32,000 nt of DNA from Candidatus Methanoperedens sp. (GTDB lineage: Archaea > Halobacteriota > Methanosarcinia > Methanosarcinales > Methanoperedenaceae), in the NCBI GenBank assembly GCA_033854095.1, contig JAWOKW010000020.1:2166-34165 (forward strand), written 5' to 3'. Shown piece by piece: positions 8,553 through 16,894 of this stretch; the first letter of the stretch is position 1, and each line of letters starts with the position of its first letter. A program made the translations under genes and the position numbers. Under the pieces are notes generated by a model that was not told where the DNA came from, searched no databases, and worked only from the letters and a program-made list of their open reading frames with translations.

Positions 8553-9800
8553 TTGTTTACTATCAAGAACATTTATGCAAGAGAGATACTCGATTCAAGG
8601 GGCAACCCTACCATAGAAGTCGATGTTCTGACAGAGAGCGGATTCGGAAGAGCAAGTGTCCCGTCAGGCGCATCAACAGGAACAAATGAAGCGCTTGAAC
8701 TGAGGGATAAAGATAGCAGATACAATGGAAAAGGAGTCAAAACAGCAGTGAACAATGTTAATACTGAAATAAAGGACGCACTCATGGGAATGGATGTGCG
8801 CTGCCAGCGTGATATCGACAGGGTAATGATAGAGCTTGACAGTACGCTGAACAAATCAAGGCTCGGCGCCAATGCTATTCTGGGAGTATCTTTAGCTGCG
8901 GCACATGCTGCTGCGGACTCTCTTGGCATTTCTCTTTACCGTTACCTCGGAGGTACTAACACTTTTATGCTTCCCTGTCCAACAATGAACATAATAAATG
9001 GTGGAAAACATGCTGGTAATGAATTGGCGATACAGGAGTTCATGATTCAACCAAAAGGCACAGAGACATATTCTGAGGCCTTGCGCATGGGGGCTGAAAC
9101 ATATCACATACTCGGAAGCATACTTTCGAAAAAATACGGAAGCTCGGCTGTCAATGTAGGATACGAAGGCGGATATGCTCCACCTATTCACAATACAAGG
9201 GATGCACTTGATTCCCTTATGAAGGCTATTGAAGAGGCAGGTTATGATAAAAAAATCACAATTGGCATGGACGCAGCAGCGTCCGAGTTCTATAAAAACG
9301 ACATATACAGTATCGATGGAGAAACATTCTCAGGCGACGATCTGATAGATTATTATTCTGACCTCGTAAAGACCTATCCCATCGTTCTTATCGAGGACCC
9401 ATTCCATGAAGAAGCATTTGATGATTTTGCTGATCTGACAGAAGAACTTAAAGGAACTATAATCGTGGGCGATGACCTTTTTGTGACAAATGTAAAACGG
9501 CTTGAACAAGGTATAAAAATGAACGCTGCGAACGCACTACTGCTTAAAGTAAATCAGATAGGTACGCTGTCAGAGGCTTTTGATGCCGCAAGGATTGCGC
9601 AGAAGAACAGGTTCAAGGTGGTAGTAAGCCACAGGTCTGCTGAGACCGAAGATACTACCATCGCAGATATCTCAGTGGCTATCAATGCCGAGTTGATCAA
9701 GACAGGAGCGCCAGCAAGAAGCGAGCGCAATGCAAAATATAATCAACTGCTGAGGATCGAGGAAGAGCTGGGGAAAGCAGCAAGTTATATACAGCTTTGA
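8553..9800 (+). CDS. eno: enolase (phosphopyruvate hydratase)
   Basis: IKNIYAREILDSRGNPTIEVDV, SHRSGETEDTTIADL-like SHRSAETEDTTIADI, and KTGAPARSERNAKYNQLLRIEEEL are all present. The start is TTG at 8553, preceded by AGGTGA at 8543-8548. Confidence 0.95.
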   Translation: MFTIKNIYAREILDSRGNPTIEVDVLTESGFGRASVPSGASTGTNEALELRDKDSRYNGKGVKTAVNNVNTEIKDALMGMDVRCQRDIDRVMIELDSTLNKSRLGANAILGVSLAAAHAAADSLGISLYRYLGGTNTFMLPCPTMNIINGGKHAGNELAIQEFMIQPKGTETYSEALRMGAETYHILGSILSKKYGSSAVNVGYEGGYAPPIHNTRDALDSLMKAIEEAGYDKKITIGMDAAASEFYKNDIYSIDGETFSGDDLIDYYSDLVKTYPIVLIEDPFHEEAFDDFADLTEELKGTIIVGDDLFVTNVKRLEQGIKMNAANALLLKVNQIGTLSEAFDAARIAQKNRFKVVVSHRSAETEDTTIADISVAINAELIKTGAPARSERNAKYNQLLRIEEELGKAASYIQL

Positions 9801-9830
9801 TGAATTACATATATGAGACAGGAGATAGAT

Positions 9831-10037
9831 ATGCCAGATAGAAAATATGTAATCGAATCTAGAAGATATACAGGTGAAGATGGTAAAATGACATTCGATC
9901 GGTGGATAACAAGCGCAAACGTCATTGAGATAAGACACAATGACCAGTATTTAGTGTTCTACCCGCTTGAAGGAGAACATGCTGGGAAAAAACACTATAT
10001 ACCGTTCTCGAATATTCACATAGTGAGAGAATTATAA
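9831..10037 (+). CDS. small hypothetical protein
   Basis: 68 aa counted from ATG 9831, with GGAG a few nt upstream. It is tightly spaced between eno and rubredoxin on the same strand. No family was recognised. Confidence 0.5.
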   Translation: MPDRKYVIESRRYTGEDGKMTFDRWITSANVIEIRHNDQYLVFYPLEGEHAGKKHYIPFSNIHIVREL

Positions 10038-10059
10038 GTTACTGAATTATGGTGAGTAT

Positions 10060-10218
10060 ATGACAAAATATCGGTGCACAGTCTGCGGTTATATATACGA
10101 CCCCGATGCAGGGGACCCTCCAAGAGCTAAACCCGGAACTGCCTTTGAAGACCTGCCTGAAGATTGGGTCTGCCCTGTATGTGGCGCACCCAAGGATATG
10201 TTCGAAAAAATAGCATAA
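10060..10218 (+). CDS. rub: rubredoxin
   Basis: This gene is below the ORF track's size cut-off and I translated it by hand: [52 protein letters not shown]. It has the canonical CxxCG...CPxCG rubredoxin pattern. GGTGAG lies upstream. Confidence 0.9.
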   Translation: MTKYRCTVCGYIYDPDAGDPPRAKPGTAFEDLPEDWVCPVCGAPKDMFEKIA

Positions 10219-10222
10219 AAAT

Positions 10223-10241
10223 AGGGCGCGGCAGGCGCCCT
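10223..10241. terminator. GC-rich hairpin between convergent rubredoxin and Cys-rich genes
   Basis: agggcgc (10223-10229) pairs with gcgccct (10235-10241) across a 5-nt loop. The hairpin sits in the 44-bp convergent spacer. Confidence 0.35.
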
Positions 10242-10262
10242 GATGCTGTCAATCCAGCCCAA

Positions 10263-10385
10263 TTATTTTGGCGCTTTAAGTGGTTTACAAGTACACTTAT
10301 CGTATGGTTTGCCGCATCCTTCGCAAACTTTGTTTACTATGTTTCTTCCGCACTTACAGGGAGTACAGCCGCAAACTTTGCACAT
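10263..10385 (-). CDS. 40-aa cysteine-rich (9 Cys) lysine-rich small protein, metallothionein-like
   Basis: Hand translation gives MCKVCGCTPCKCGRNIVNKVCEGCGKPYDKCTCKPLKAPK, from ATG at 10385 to TAA at 10263-10265. GGAGGTGA sits at 10395-10402 (minus strand), 9 nt upstream of the ATG. A TTTAAATA box lies about 45 nt upstream. Confidence 0.6.
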   Translation of the reverse strand: MCKVCGCTPCKCGRNIVNKVCEGCGKPYDKCTCKPLKAPK

Positions 10386-10429
10386 GTTTTGTTGTCACCT
10401 CCACTTCAAAAGATAATTGAAAATAATCT

Positions 10430-10437
10430 TATTTAAA
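10430..10437 (-). promoter_or_regulatory. archaeal TATA box (TTTAAATA) for the Cys-rich small gene
   Basis: The minus strand reads TTTAAATA, matching the archaeal TTTAWATA consensus. Its spacing would give a short leader that contains the SD. Confidence 0.45.
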
Positions 10438-10776
10438 ACTTGCTGTCATTTTTTCTGAAACCTTCAACTTACAGCGCAGTTTTAAATCTCCGTAATTTAT
10501 GAATAATTAGCCACACATGCGCAGATAAAAACGAATGCGCTGCTGTAAGACATTTCAGTGAGTAGTTTCAATCCCTTTGGGGTTTTCTAAGGCGCTGCAA
10601 CGGGATAATAGCTTTAGTTGTAGCACTCCATCTAGAACGTAGATTTGGTACTTTAAATACTCATTTCTAAGCCCCTAATTTTTTTCTAAATGATCTAATA
10701 ACCTCTGCATATCATTTATTTTTTTCATATTTCTTGTTGATAAGACAATATTTTTTTAAGAAACCCATAAATCTAT

Positions 10777-11394
10777 TTAGTGTCTATCCGAAAAATCTCT
10801 AAGCTCTCCGTGTTCTGGTATGAAAAACTCGGTTACCGATGCTTTTTCATGCTCATCTACGAACCGAGGGTTCATAGCCGACTCTGTGGTTTTAACTTTT
10901 CGGACATCACTCAGGCGCATCGTACTGCGTCTTATCAGCGCCCCTGCACACAGCAGGGCAAATAACAGATACAACATCTCAAAACCTGGAGCTTCCCTTG
11001 GCAATTTCTGGCGCGATTGTTTTATCTCAGCCACCATTTCATCTGGCCCTAAGTATCCAATGTGCCTTGAAATCTCTTTTCCTCTGGAATCTAAGAACAC
11101 GATAGTGGGATAATAGGTTATACCGTATTTACTTTCAATATCAATCCTGTTCTGTGTATCGACCTTTATTGCAATGTAATCCTTCATTTCTGAAACCACG
11201 CGCGGGTCAGGATAAGTCCCTTCTTCCATCGCTATGCATGGCGGGCACCAGTCGGCATAGAAATCAAGGAGCACAGGTTTTTGCATAGCGGCTGCTGCAC
11301 TCATGCCTTCTTCATAGTCATACCACTGAGTAGTGTCTGCTTTTGCTACAGCGGTTGAAAGTAGAATTAAAAGAAATATCCTCATGGACTTCAT
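10777..11394 (-). CDS. exported, membrane-anchored thioredoxin-fold protein (CPPC active site)
   Basis: It has a signal peptide MKSMRIFLLILLSTAVAKA, the thioredoxin-like motif LLDFYADWCPPC, and a C-terminal TM helix (MLYLLFALLCAGALI) followed by a tail of about 50 aa. Its start lies only 2 nt after the aRF1 stop. Confidence 0.8.
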   Translation of the reverse strand: MKSMRIFLLILLSTAVAKADTTQWYDYEEGMSAAAAMQKPVLLDFYADWCPPCIAMEEGTYPDPRVVSEMKDYIAIKVDTQNRIDIESKYGITYYPTIVFLDSRGKEISRHIGYLGPDEMVAEIKQSRQKLPREAPGFEMLYLLFALLCAGALIRRSTMRLSDVRKVKTTESAMNPRFVDEHEKASVTEFFIPEHGELRDFSDRH

Positions 11395-11396
11395 AA

Positions 11397-12641
11397 TTAA
11401 ATCCCGGTCTTGAATCTCAGGATTGCCCCGATTCCGCCGAACGCATTGAGCAGCTGGCTGCCTTCTTCAAAATCACTTGATATGAAAACTATGTTAGTAC
11501 CCATCTGGTCTGCAATGGTAGAGAGTTCATCCACGATATCTATCGATTCCTGAATACCAAGACCTGCTCCGCACTTTGTACAATTCCCTGGCTGGTATTC
11601 CTCACCAGGTTTCTTCATGATGGTTTTCTTTTCCTCAAAGCCGCAATTGCTGCATTTTATTGTGAGGCGCAGCTTTCGAAGTTCATCCGAAAGCAGAAGC
11701 GTGTCAACAGAACCCATCTGCAGGTTCTTCCTGACCTGTTCTTCCCCATATGACGCAAGACCTGTATCGCTCACAAGTTCTTTCAGGAAGCGTTCCATGT
11801 ATTTTTTCTCCTGCACCACCTCTACGTTTTGCAGGGCATCTCCAAGTTTATCAAAAAGTTCGTATAGACCTGACTCATCGGTATACGCCACATCAAAAAG
11901 CCCAAGAACTTTTTTCTGTATTTCATGATGAAGATATCCCCCGCTTTCGAATTCTTCTTTCGTGGGCGATGGGCCGCCTATGAAAATGCCTTCAAGGTCG
12001 TTTGGGTCAACAGCAAGGAAAACCTCACTTGCAGCATCCCCTATGCGTGTATAGAATTCATTGATCGCGATGAGGCGAAGCTGCTGGAACCTGTGCGAAC
12101 TCTGACCTCCTTTTCTCTGCTTCCCAGGGACTGTAGATGTGAGATGTGTAGCCTCTTCTATATGCTTCCCGCGCAATAGACCGATTGTGGCTTCGCGCCT
12201 GTCAAGGACTATGAGACCATAGGTCTTTTTCTCATGAAGCATATCCTCAAGCGGTGTGAGAAGAAACGACGAATCGCAGTGGTATTTATAGGATGTTATA
12301 GGTTCAGGCGGTTCTATGATGTATGTCTGCATCTCTGTCTTGTTAGCACCTATGTCCACTGCACCGCAAAAAATCACAACACCGTTTTCTGGTGCGCGTG
12401 ATATAAGTTTAAGTCTTGAAAGCAGTGACTCGATCGCGCTTGTCACGTTCTGCCGTGTCACTCTTGATTTGATGTTTGAGGCTTGACCAAATTCTTCCCT
12501 GAGCTGGGATGCTACTTCATGTATCTGTTTATCATGCGGGATATATAGTGAAATGAGTTCAGTGCCTCTGCCGTGTTTATCACGCAGGGCTTCAAGTGTT
12601 CTTTTGAATTCGTATTTTTTATGAGCTGCTGATTCTACCAT
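11397..12641 (-). CDS. prf1: peptide chain release factor aRF1
   Basis: The NIKS motif (ASNIKSRVT), the GGQ motif (KGGQSSHRF) and a C-terminal zinc ribbon CSNCG...CTKCG are present. I prefer ATG 12641, preceded by GGAGGAT with a 9-nt spacer, over the track's TTG at 12659. Confidence 0.95.
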   Translation of the reverse strand: MVESAAHKKYEFKRTLEALRDKHGRGTELISLYIPHDKQIHEVASQLREEFGQASNIKSRVTRQNVTSAIESLLSRLKLISRAPENGVVIFCGAVDIGANKTEMQTYIIEPPEPITSYKYHCDSSFLLTPLEDMLHEKKTYGLIVLDRREATIGLLRGKHIEEATHLTSTVPGKQRKGGQSSHRFQQLRLIAINEFYTRIGDAASEVFLAVDPNDLEGIFIGGPSPTKEEFESGGYLHHEIQKKVLGLFDVAYTDESGLYELFDKLGDALQNVEVVQEKKYMERFLKELVSDTGLASYGEEQVRKNLQMGSVDTLLLSDELRKLRLTIKCSNCGFEEKKTIMKKPGEEYQPGNCTKCGAGLGIQESIDIVDELSTIADQMGTNIVFISSDFEEGSQLLNAFGGIGAILRFKTGI

Positions 12642-12791
12642 TGGAACAATATCCTCCAAAAATTAGAAGATTTATTTCTCCATATTTGCTATTATAGATA
12701 ATATGTTCGTTGTTATGGATGTCTATTACAGCCCCAAGATAAATCTTTTTATAATTTGCTGTCTTAGATGCAGTATAATTACTAAGGAAGT

Positions 12792-13577
12792 GTGCAATTG
12801 ACACATCAATTCTACAGGCTATGCAATGATGTCGTAGAGGCTATAGAGACGGACGTCTCTGGATTGATCGGGAAACCTGAAGCAGGCGTTACACTTCGTA
12901 TCGGAGCTGACGGCACACCTACTGAAAAAATAGATGAAGTAGCTGAAAATGCAGCACTCTCTGTGCTTGAGGCTGACGGCAGGTCGATGCGGCTCGTGAG
13001 CGAGGAACTGGGTGAAAAGATCATAGGTAAAAAGCCTGAATTTACTTTTGTGCTTGACCCGATTGACGGCACGTTCAACGCTGTAAACAATATCCCTTTT
13101 TTCTGTGTGCCTGTGGCTATAGGCAGCTCTGATCTATCAGACATCAGGTATGGGTATGTGAAAAACCTTCTTAACAGGGATATCTATACGGCAGAAAGAG
13201 GAAAAGGCGCATTTTTGAATAACAGGAGAATACATGTGTCATCTATTTCCCGGCTCTCTGATTTAAGCGTAATATCCTATAGCACCTGTGCCGTGTTCAG
13301 CAACCATACGGTCAGGCGGGCAAGGGTGTTCGGATGCGCAGCGCTTGAACTCTGCTATATCGCTTCAGGCATATTCGATGCTTTTATCGACATGCGCCGT
13401 ATGCTTCGAGTTACAGATATAGCTGCAGGAAAACTGATTGTGGAAGAAGCAGGCGGGCTTGTGACAGATGAAAAAGGAAAGCCACTTTCAGCCAAACTTG
13501 ATGTAAAGCTACGTGTAAACATGGTGGCGAGCAATGGACGTGTGCATGATAAATTACTCGAACTTGCACGGGTGTGA
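12792..13577 (+). CDS. inositol monophosphatase-family phosphatase (FBPase/IMPase/NADP-phosphatase-like)
   Basis: The motifs VSEELG and VLDPIDGTFNA and the C-terminal block AALELCYIASGIFDAF are IMPase-family signatures. The start is GTG at 12792; there is no nearby in-frame ATG. Confidence 0.85.
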   Translation: MQLTHQFYRLCNDVVEAIETDVSGLIGKPEAGVTLRIGADGTPTEKIDEVAENAALSVLEADGRSMRLVSEELGEKIIGKKPEFTFVLDPIDGTFNAVNNIPFFCVPVAIGSSDLSDIRYGYVKNLLNRDIYTAERGKGAFLNNRRIHVSSISRLSDLSVISYSTCAVFSNHTVRRARVFGCAALELCYIASGIFDAFIDMRRMLRVTDIAAGKLIVEEAGGLVTDEKGKPLSAKLDVKLRVNMVASNGRVHDKLLELARV

Positions 13578-13579
13578 AT

Positions 13580-14401
13580 ATGAAAAAAATAGGTCTTATT
13601 TCAAGATGTGACAGGGATGATGTGATAGAGCTTGTTAAAGAAATTGTGAAATATCTAAGCTCAAGAGCCGAAGTGCTGATAGACCTGAAGACCGCTGAAA
13701 AACTCAATTATAAAGGCACGCCGATGGCAGAGATGCGAAAAAAAGGCGCGGAATTCATTATTTCAGTCGGAGGCGATGGCACTGTGCTCCGTGGTATACA
13801 GAAGATGGACGATCCGCTTCCCGTGCTTGGAATAAATATGGGCACTATTGGGTTCCTTGTGGACGTGAACCCTGAAGATACATTTGCTGTTCTCGATAAG
13901 ATGTTTTCTGGTTTTGAAGTTGAGGAAAGGTCGCGTCTTGCTGTCATGGTCAACGATGTGCACTTCCCTTCTGCTACAAATGAGGTGGTGATTGTCACCG
14001 CAAGTCCAGCAAAGATGCTCTCTTACAGGATTTTTGTGGACAAAAGCAGGCTTGAGGAACTGCGTGCTGACGGTGTGGTTTTTGCCACTTCAACAGGCTC
14101 AACAGCGTATGCAATGAGCGCTGGGGGCCCTATGGTAGACCCGCGCGTTGATGGTACTGTAATAGTACCCCTTGCGCCATTCAAGCTGTCATCAAGACCA
14201 TGGGTCGTCCCTGCAAAGAGCGAGATAAAGGTTGAATTGACAATGCCCAAAAAAGAGGCTGTGATCGTAATAGATGGGCAATATTCAAGAAAGATAAATA
14301 AAGATGATACAATACTTATCATGAAAGCAGAAAAACCAGCCAGGTTCGTGAAGACAAAGGAATCCGGGTTTTATGAGAAGGTGAGACGCAAGCTTGTGTA
14401 A
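13580..14401 (+). CDS. nadK: NAD kinase
   Basis: GGDGTVLR, NMGTIGFL and STGSTAYAMSAGGP are present. ATG 13580 lies 2 nt after the upstream stop. The track's GTG at 13574 would overlap that gene by 4 nt. Confidence 0.9.
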   Translation: MKKIGLISRCDRDDVIELVKEIVKYLSSRAEVLIDLKTAEKLNYKGTPMAEMRKKGAEFIISVGGDGTVLRGIQKMDDPLPVLGINMGTIGFLVDVNPEDTFAVLDKMFSGFEVEERSRLAVMVNDVHFPSATNEVVIVTASPAKMLSYRIFVDKSRLEELRADGVVFATSTGSTAYAMSAGGPMVDPRVDGTVIVPLAPFKLSSRPWVVPAKSEIKVELTMPKKEAVIVIDGQYSRKINKDDTILIMKAEKPARFVKTKESGFYEKVRRKLV

Positions 14402-14409
14402 AAAGAAAA

Positions 14410-14443
14410 ATGAAGAGGAGTATCTTTAATTCTCCTTCTTCAT
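14410..14443. terminator. hairpin in the convergent spacer (nadK versus the repeat-protein gene)
   Basis: atgaagaggag (14410-14420) pairs with ctccttcttcat (14432-14443). This gives 11 bp with one bulge and an 11-nt loop. Confidence 0.4.
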
Positions 14444-14459
14444 GTACAGGATTTCCTAT

Positions 14460-15656
14460 TTATATGTCATCGTTGGTTATAGTACACGTTCTGGTATCAC
14501 CGCCCACTATATAACCAATGCAATCAACTGAGCTTGATTGAGAATAACCTGAATTCCCACTTTCCCATACGCTGTACGAGCCTTCATACATTGTTATATT
14601 GACGCCATCCTCAGAACCAGGGAATGACTGCCACAGGTTATTTCCAGATACATACATCGTGAAGTCAGATGCATTTGCTGTACCGCCGTTGTCATTGATT
14701 ACATGTTTCTTGACTATAAGATGAGCCTTCGGTATATCGTCGTTGGTTATAGTACACGTTCTGGTTTCACCGCCCAGTATGTAACCATTGCAATTTGGTG
14801 AGCTTGATTGATAATAACCTGAATTCGCACTCTCCCATACGCTGTACGAGCCTTCATACATTGTTATATTGACGCCATCCTCAGAACCAGGAAATGACTG
14901 CCACAGGTTATTTCCTGATACATATATCGTGAAGTCGGATGCACCTGCTGCACCGCCGTTGTCATTGATAACATGTTTCTTGACTATAAGATGAGCCTTA
15001 GGCCTGTCGTCATTGGTTATCGTACAGGTCTTGTTTTCTCCCGGCTCTATTTGACCGATGCATTCAGGCGAATACGATGTAATATAATCCGGACCCCAAT
15101 AATTTTCATAAACACTATAATATCCTGAGCCGATCTTGACATCAGTACCATTTTCTGAACCCTGGAAATAACCAGGTGAGGGGTTATTACAGCAGACAGA
15201 TATTGAGAAGTCGGATGCGTTCGCTGTGCCTTCATCATCATTGATCACATGTTTGATTACGTTCAAATGTGGAACTATAATATGATTGGTTATTACGCAG
15301 GTCTTGGCTTCGTTATTATTTATGCGTCCGGAGCAGCCGGGCGAATATGATATATTGTAGCCTTTCACTGCAAGTTCGGTCACACTATACTCACTGTTCT
15401 TCATAGTAACGGTTGTTCCTGTTTCTGAACCTCTGAATATAGATGGCGACGGATCTTTCGCCGTAACTGCCACTACAAAACCAGATGCGTTCATCGTACC
15501 GTAACCATCATTGATTACATTTACGAATACTACAAGCGTGGGAACTTTCTGACCCTGACCTTGAGCTGCATATGCTTGAAAAACACTGCCAGTAAGCAAT
15601 GAAGTTATTGCAGCTATTGCCAGCAGCACAAGTTTCATTTTGTTCTTAAAATTCAT
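14460..15656 (-). CDS. secreted protein made of four tandem ~90-aa beta-sandwich-like repeats, each with a Cys pair
   Basis: It has a signal peptide (MNFKNKMKLVLLAIAAITSLLTGSVFQAYA) and GGAGGT 7 nt upstream of ATG 15656. Four repeats follow the pattern V-I-N-D-x-G-T-A-x-A-S-D-F...F-x-G-S-E-x-G...Y-S-V-x-E...G-Y...S-P-x-C-x-G...K/R-T-C-T-I-T-N-D-D. There is no C-terminal anchor. Confidence 0.8.
   Translation of the reverse strand: MNFKNKMKLVLLAIAAITSLLTGSVFQAYAAQGQGQKVPTLVVFVNVINDGYGTMNASGFVVAVTAKDPSPSIFRGSETGTTVTMKNSEYSVTELAVKGYNISYSPGCSGRINNNEAKTCVITNHIIVPHLNVIKHVINDDEGTANASDFSISVCCNNPSPGYFQGSENGTDVKIGSGYYSVYENYWGPDYITSYSPECIGQIEPGENKTCTITNDDRPKAHLIVKKHVINDNGGAAGASDFTIYVSGNNLWQSFPGSEDGVNITMYEGSYSVWESANSGYYQSSSPNCNGYILGGETRTCTITNDDIPKAHLIVKKHVINDNGGTANASDFTMYVSGNNLWQSFPGSEDGVNITMYEGSYSVWESGNSGYSQSSSVDCIGYIVGGDTRTCTITNDDI
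14463..15002. repeat. 270-bp direct tandem duplication (2 copies) inside the repeat-protein gene
   Basis: The copies span 14463-14732 and 14733-15002 and are nearly identical at the DNA level. The encoded 90-aa units are identical at 80 of 90 residues by my count. Confidence 0.9.
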
Positions 15657-15991
15657 TCTTTTTACCTCCGTTTATTGCACTTCCATCAGTGCTTATTGAT
15701 GCATTTACCATACCACCTTTTTTAGGAAAATCCCCCTGCATCTCGGATTTTTAAGTATGGTTTTAAATTAAACCACTATAATAAAGAGATATTTTTTCTT
15801 TAACCACATCCATCATACACCTCGACTTGACTAAGGCTATTCAGATATATATACCTTTCCAGATTCAACAGCATCCCCTGCACAAAGAATAGTTTTAATA
15901 TGGATTCCCCTAACGTTCCAATGCAGAACTGTATCATCATATTCATCTGGAGCGCTGTTGATATTGATGATGAAGATAGTCACGGAAGTGC

Positions 15992-16888
15992 ATGATGTTC
16001 GCAACATACTACTGGGAACGGATAAAAGGACACAAACCAGCGATGCTCGGACTGTTGTTCATCGTATTTCTGATGCTGTCAGCTGCCATCGGACCGTATT
16101 TTACAATCAGTCCAACTCAGGTGAATTTCAATGAAAAGAACCTCCCTCCAATTGGATTTACCACAGAACAATCCACTTATGATGCAGGCAATTTCATTTC
16201 AACAGTAGAGCACGGGACATGGAAGCATCCGCTTGGCACTGATGATATGGGGCGGGATATGCTTGCTATGCTGCTCTCAGGTGCAAGGGTCTCTTTGCTT
16301 GTGGGTTTATTCGCAACAGGGATAGCCATATTCATAGGTGCGCTCCTTGGAGTTTCCTCTGCTTATTTCGGAGGGCTGACAGATGATATCCTGATGAGGC
16401 TTACGGATGTGATGATGACGTTCCCATTCCTTCTTCTGCTCATACTTATCGTGTATCTCTTTGGCGGAAGCCTGACTTTAATAATAATTGCCATAGGCAT
16501 AACAGGCTGGACCGGGACAGCGCGCCTTGTCAGGAGTGAAACTCTCTCTCTTCGCACCCGTGAATTCATACTTGCATCTAAAGCCCTGGGAGCAAGTGAT
16601 TTCCGTATCATCTTCTATCATCTGCTCCCCAATACATTGAGCACAATCATAGTGCTTGCAACACTCTCGATTCCTGGAACAATTCTGGCAGAGGCTGCAT
16701 TGAGCTTTATAGGTCTTGGGGACCCGCAGGTCGCAAGCTGGGGAAATATCCTGAATTCTGGACAGAGCAGCCTTCAGACCGCCTGGTGGGTGGCTGTTGA
16801 GCCTGGGATTATGCTCTTTTTAACAGTGCTGTCGTTCAATTTTCTTGGGGATGGTCTGCGCCGTGCTTTTGATCCGAGGAGCGAATAA
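15992..16888 (+). CDS. ABC transporter permease, OppC/DppC/NikC type
   Basis: HPLGTDDMGRDMLAMLLSGARVSL is present, along with the binding-protein-dependent permease EAA-type loop (ASKALGASDFRIIFYHLLPN) and six TM segments. Confidence 0.9.
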   Translation: MMFATYYWERIKGHKPAMLGLLFIVFLMLSAAIGPYFTISPTQVNFNEKNLPPIGFTTEQSTYDAGNFISTVEHGTWKHPLGTDDMGRDMLAMLLSGARVSLLVGLFATGIAIFIGALLGVSSAYFGGLTDDILMRLTDVMMTFPFLLLLILIVYLFGGSLTLIIIAIGITGWTGTARLVRSETLSLRTREFILASKALGASDFRIIFYHLLPNTLSTIIVLATLSIPGTILAEAALSFIGLGDPQVASWGNILNSGQSSLQTAWWVAVEPGIMLFLTVLSFNFLGDGLRRAFDPRSE

Positions 16889-16894
16889 TTTGTG

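Noticed and set aside
10164-10436. 90-aa plus-strand ORF from the track
   Set aside because: It overlaps the 3' end of rubredoxin out of frame and is antisense to the Cys-rich small gene, which has far better signals (perfect SD, TATA box). It is most likely a shadow ORF.
10565-10601. Calling this a CRISPR array
   Set aside because: Only a single repeat-like unit is present. The window holds no second copy, no regular spacing and no cas genes. It is kept only as a low-confidence orphan-repeat observation.
12642-12659. TTG start at 12659 for aRF1 (MEDIVPM...)
   Set aside because: The six extra codons themselves contain the GGAGGAT Shine-Dalgarno that serves ATG 12641, so the shorter form is preferred.
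15900-15995. 31-aa upstream ORF (MDSPNVPMQNCIIIFIWSAVDIDDEDSHGSA) overlapping the ABC permease start (ATGATG)
   Set aside because: It is too short, has no SD, and shows no recognisable similarity to an OppB C-terminus or a leader peptide. It cannot be supported from the sequence alone.
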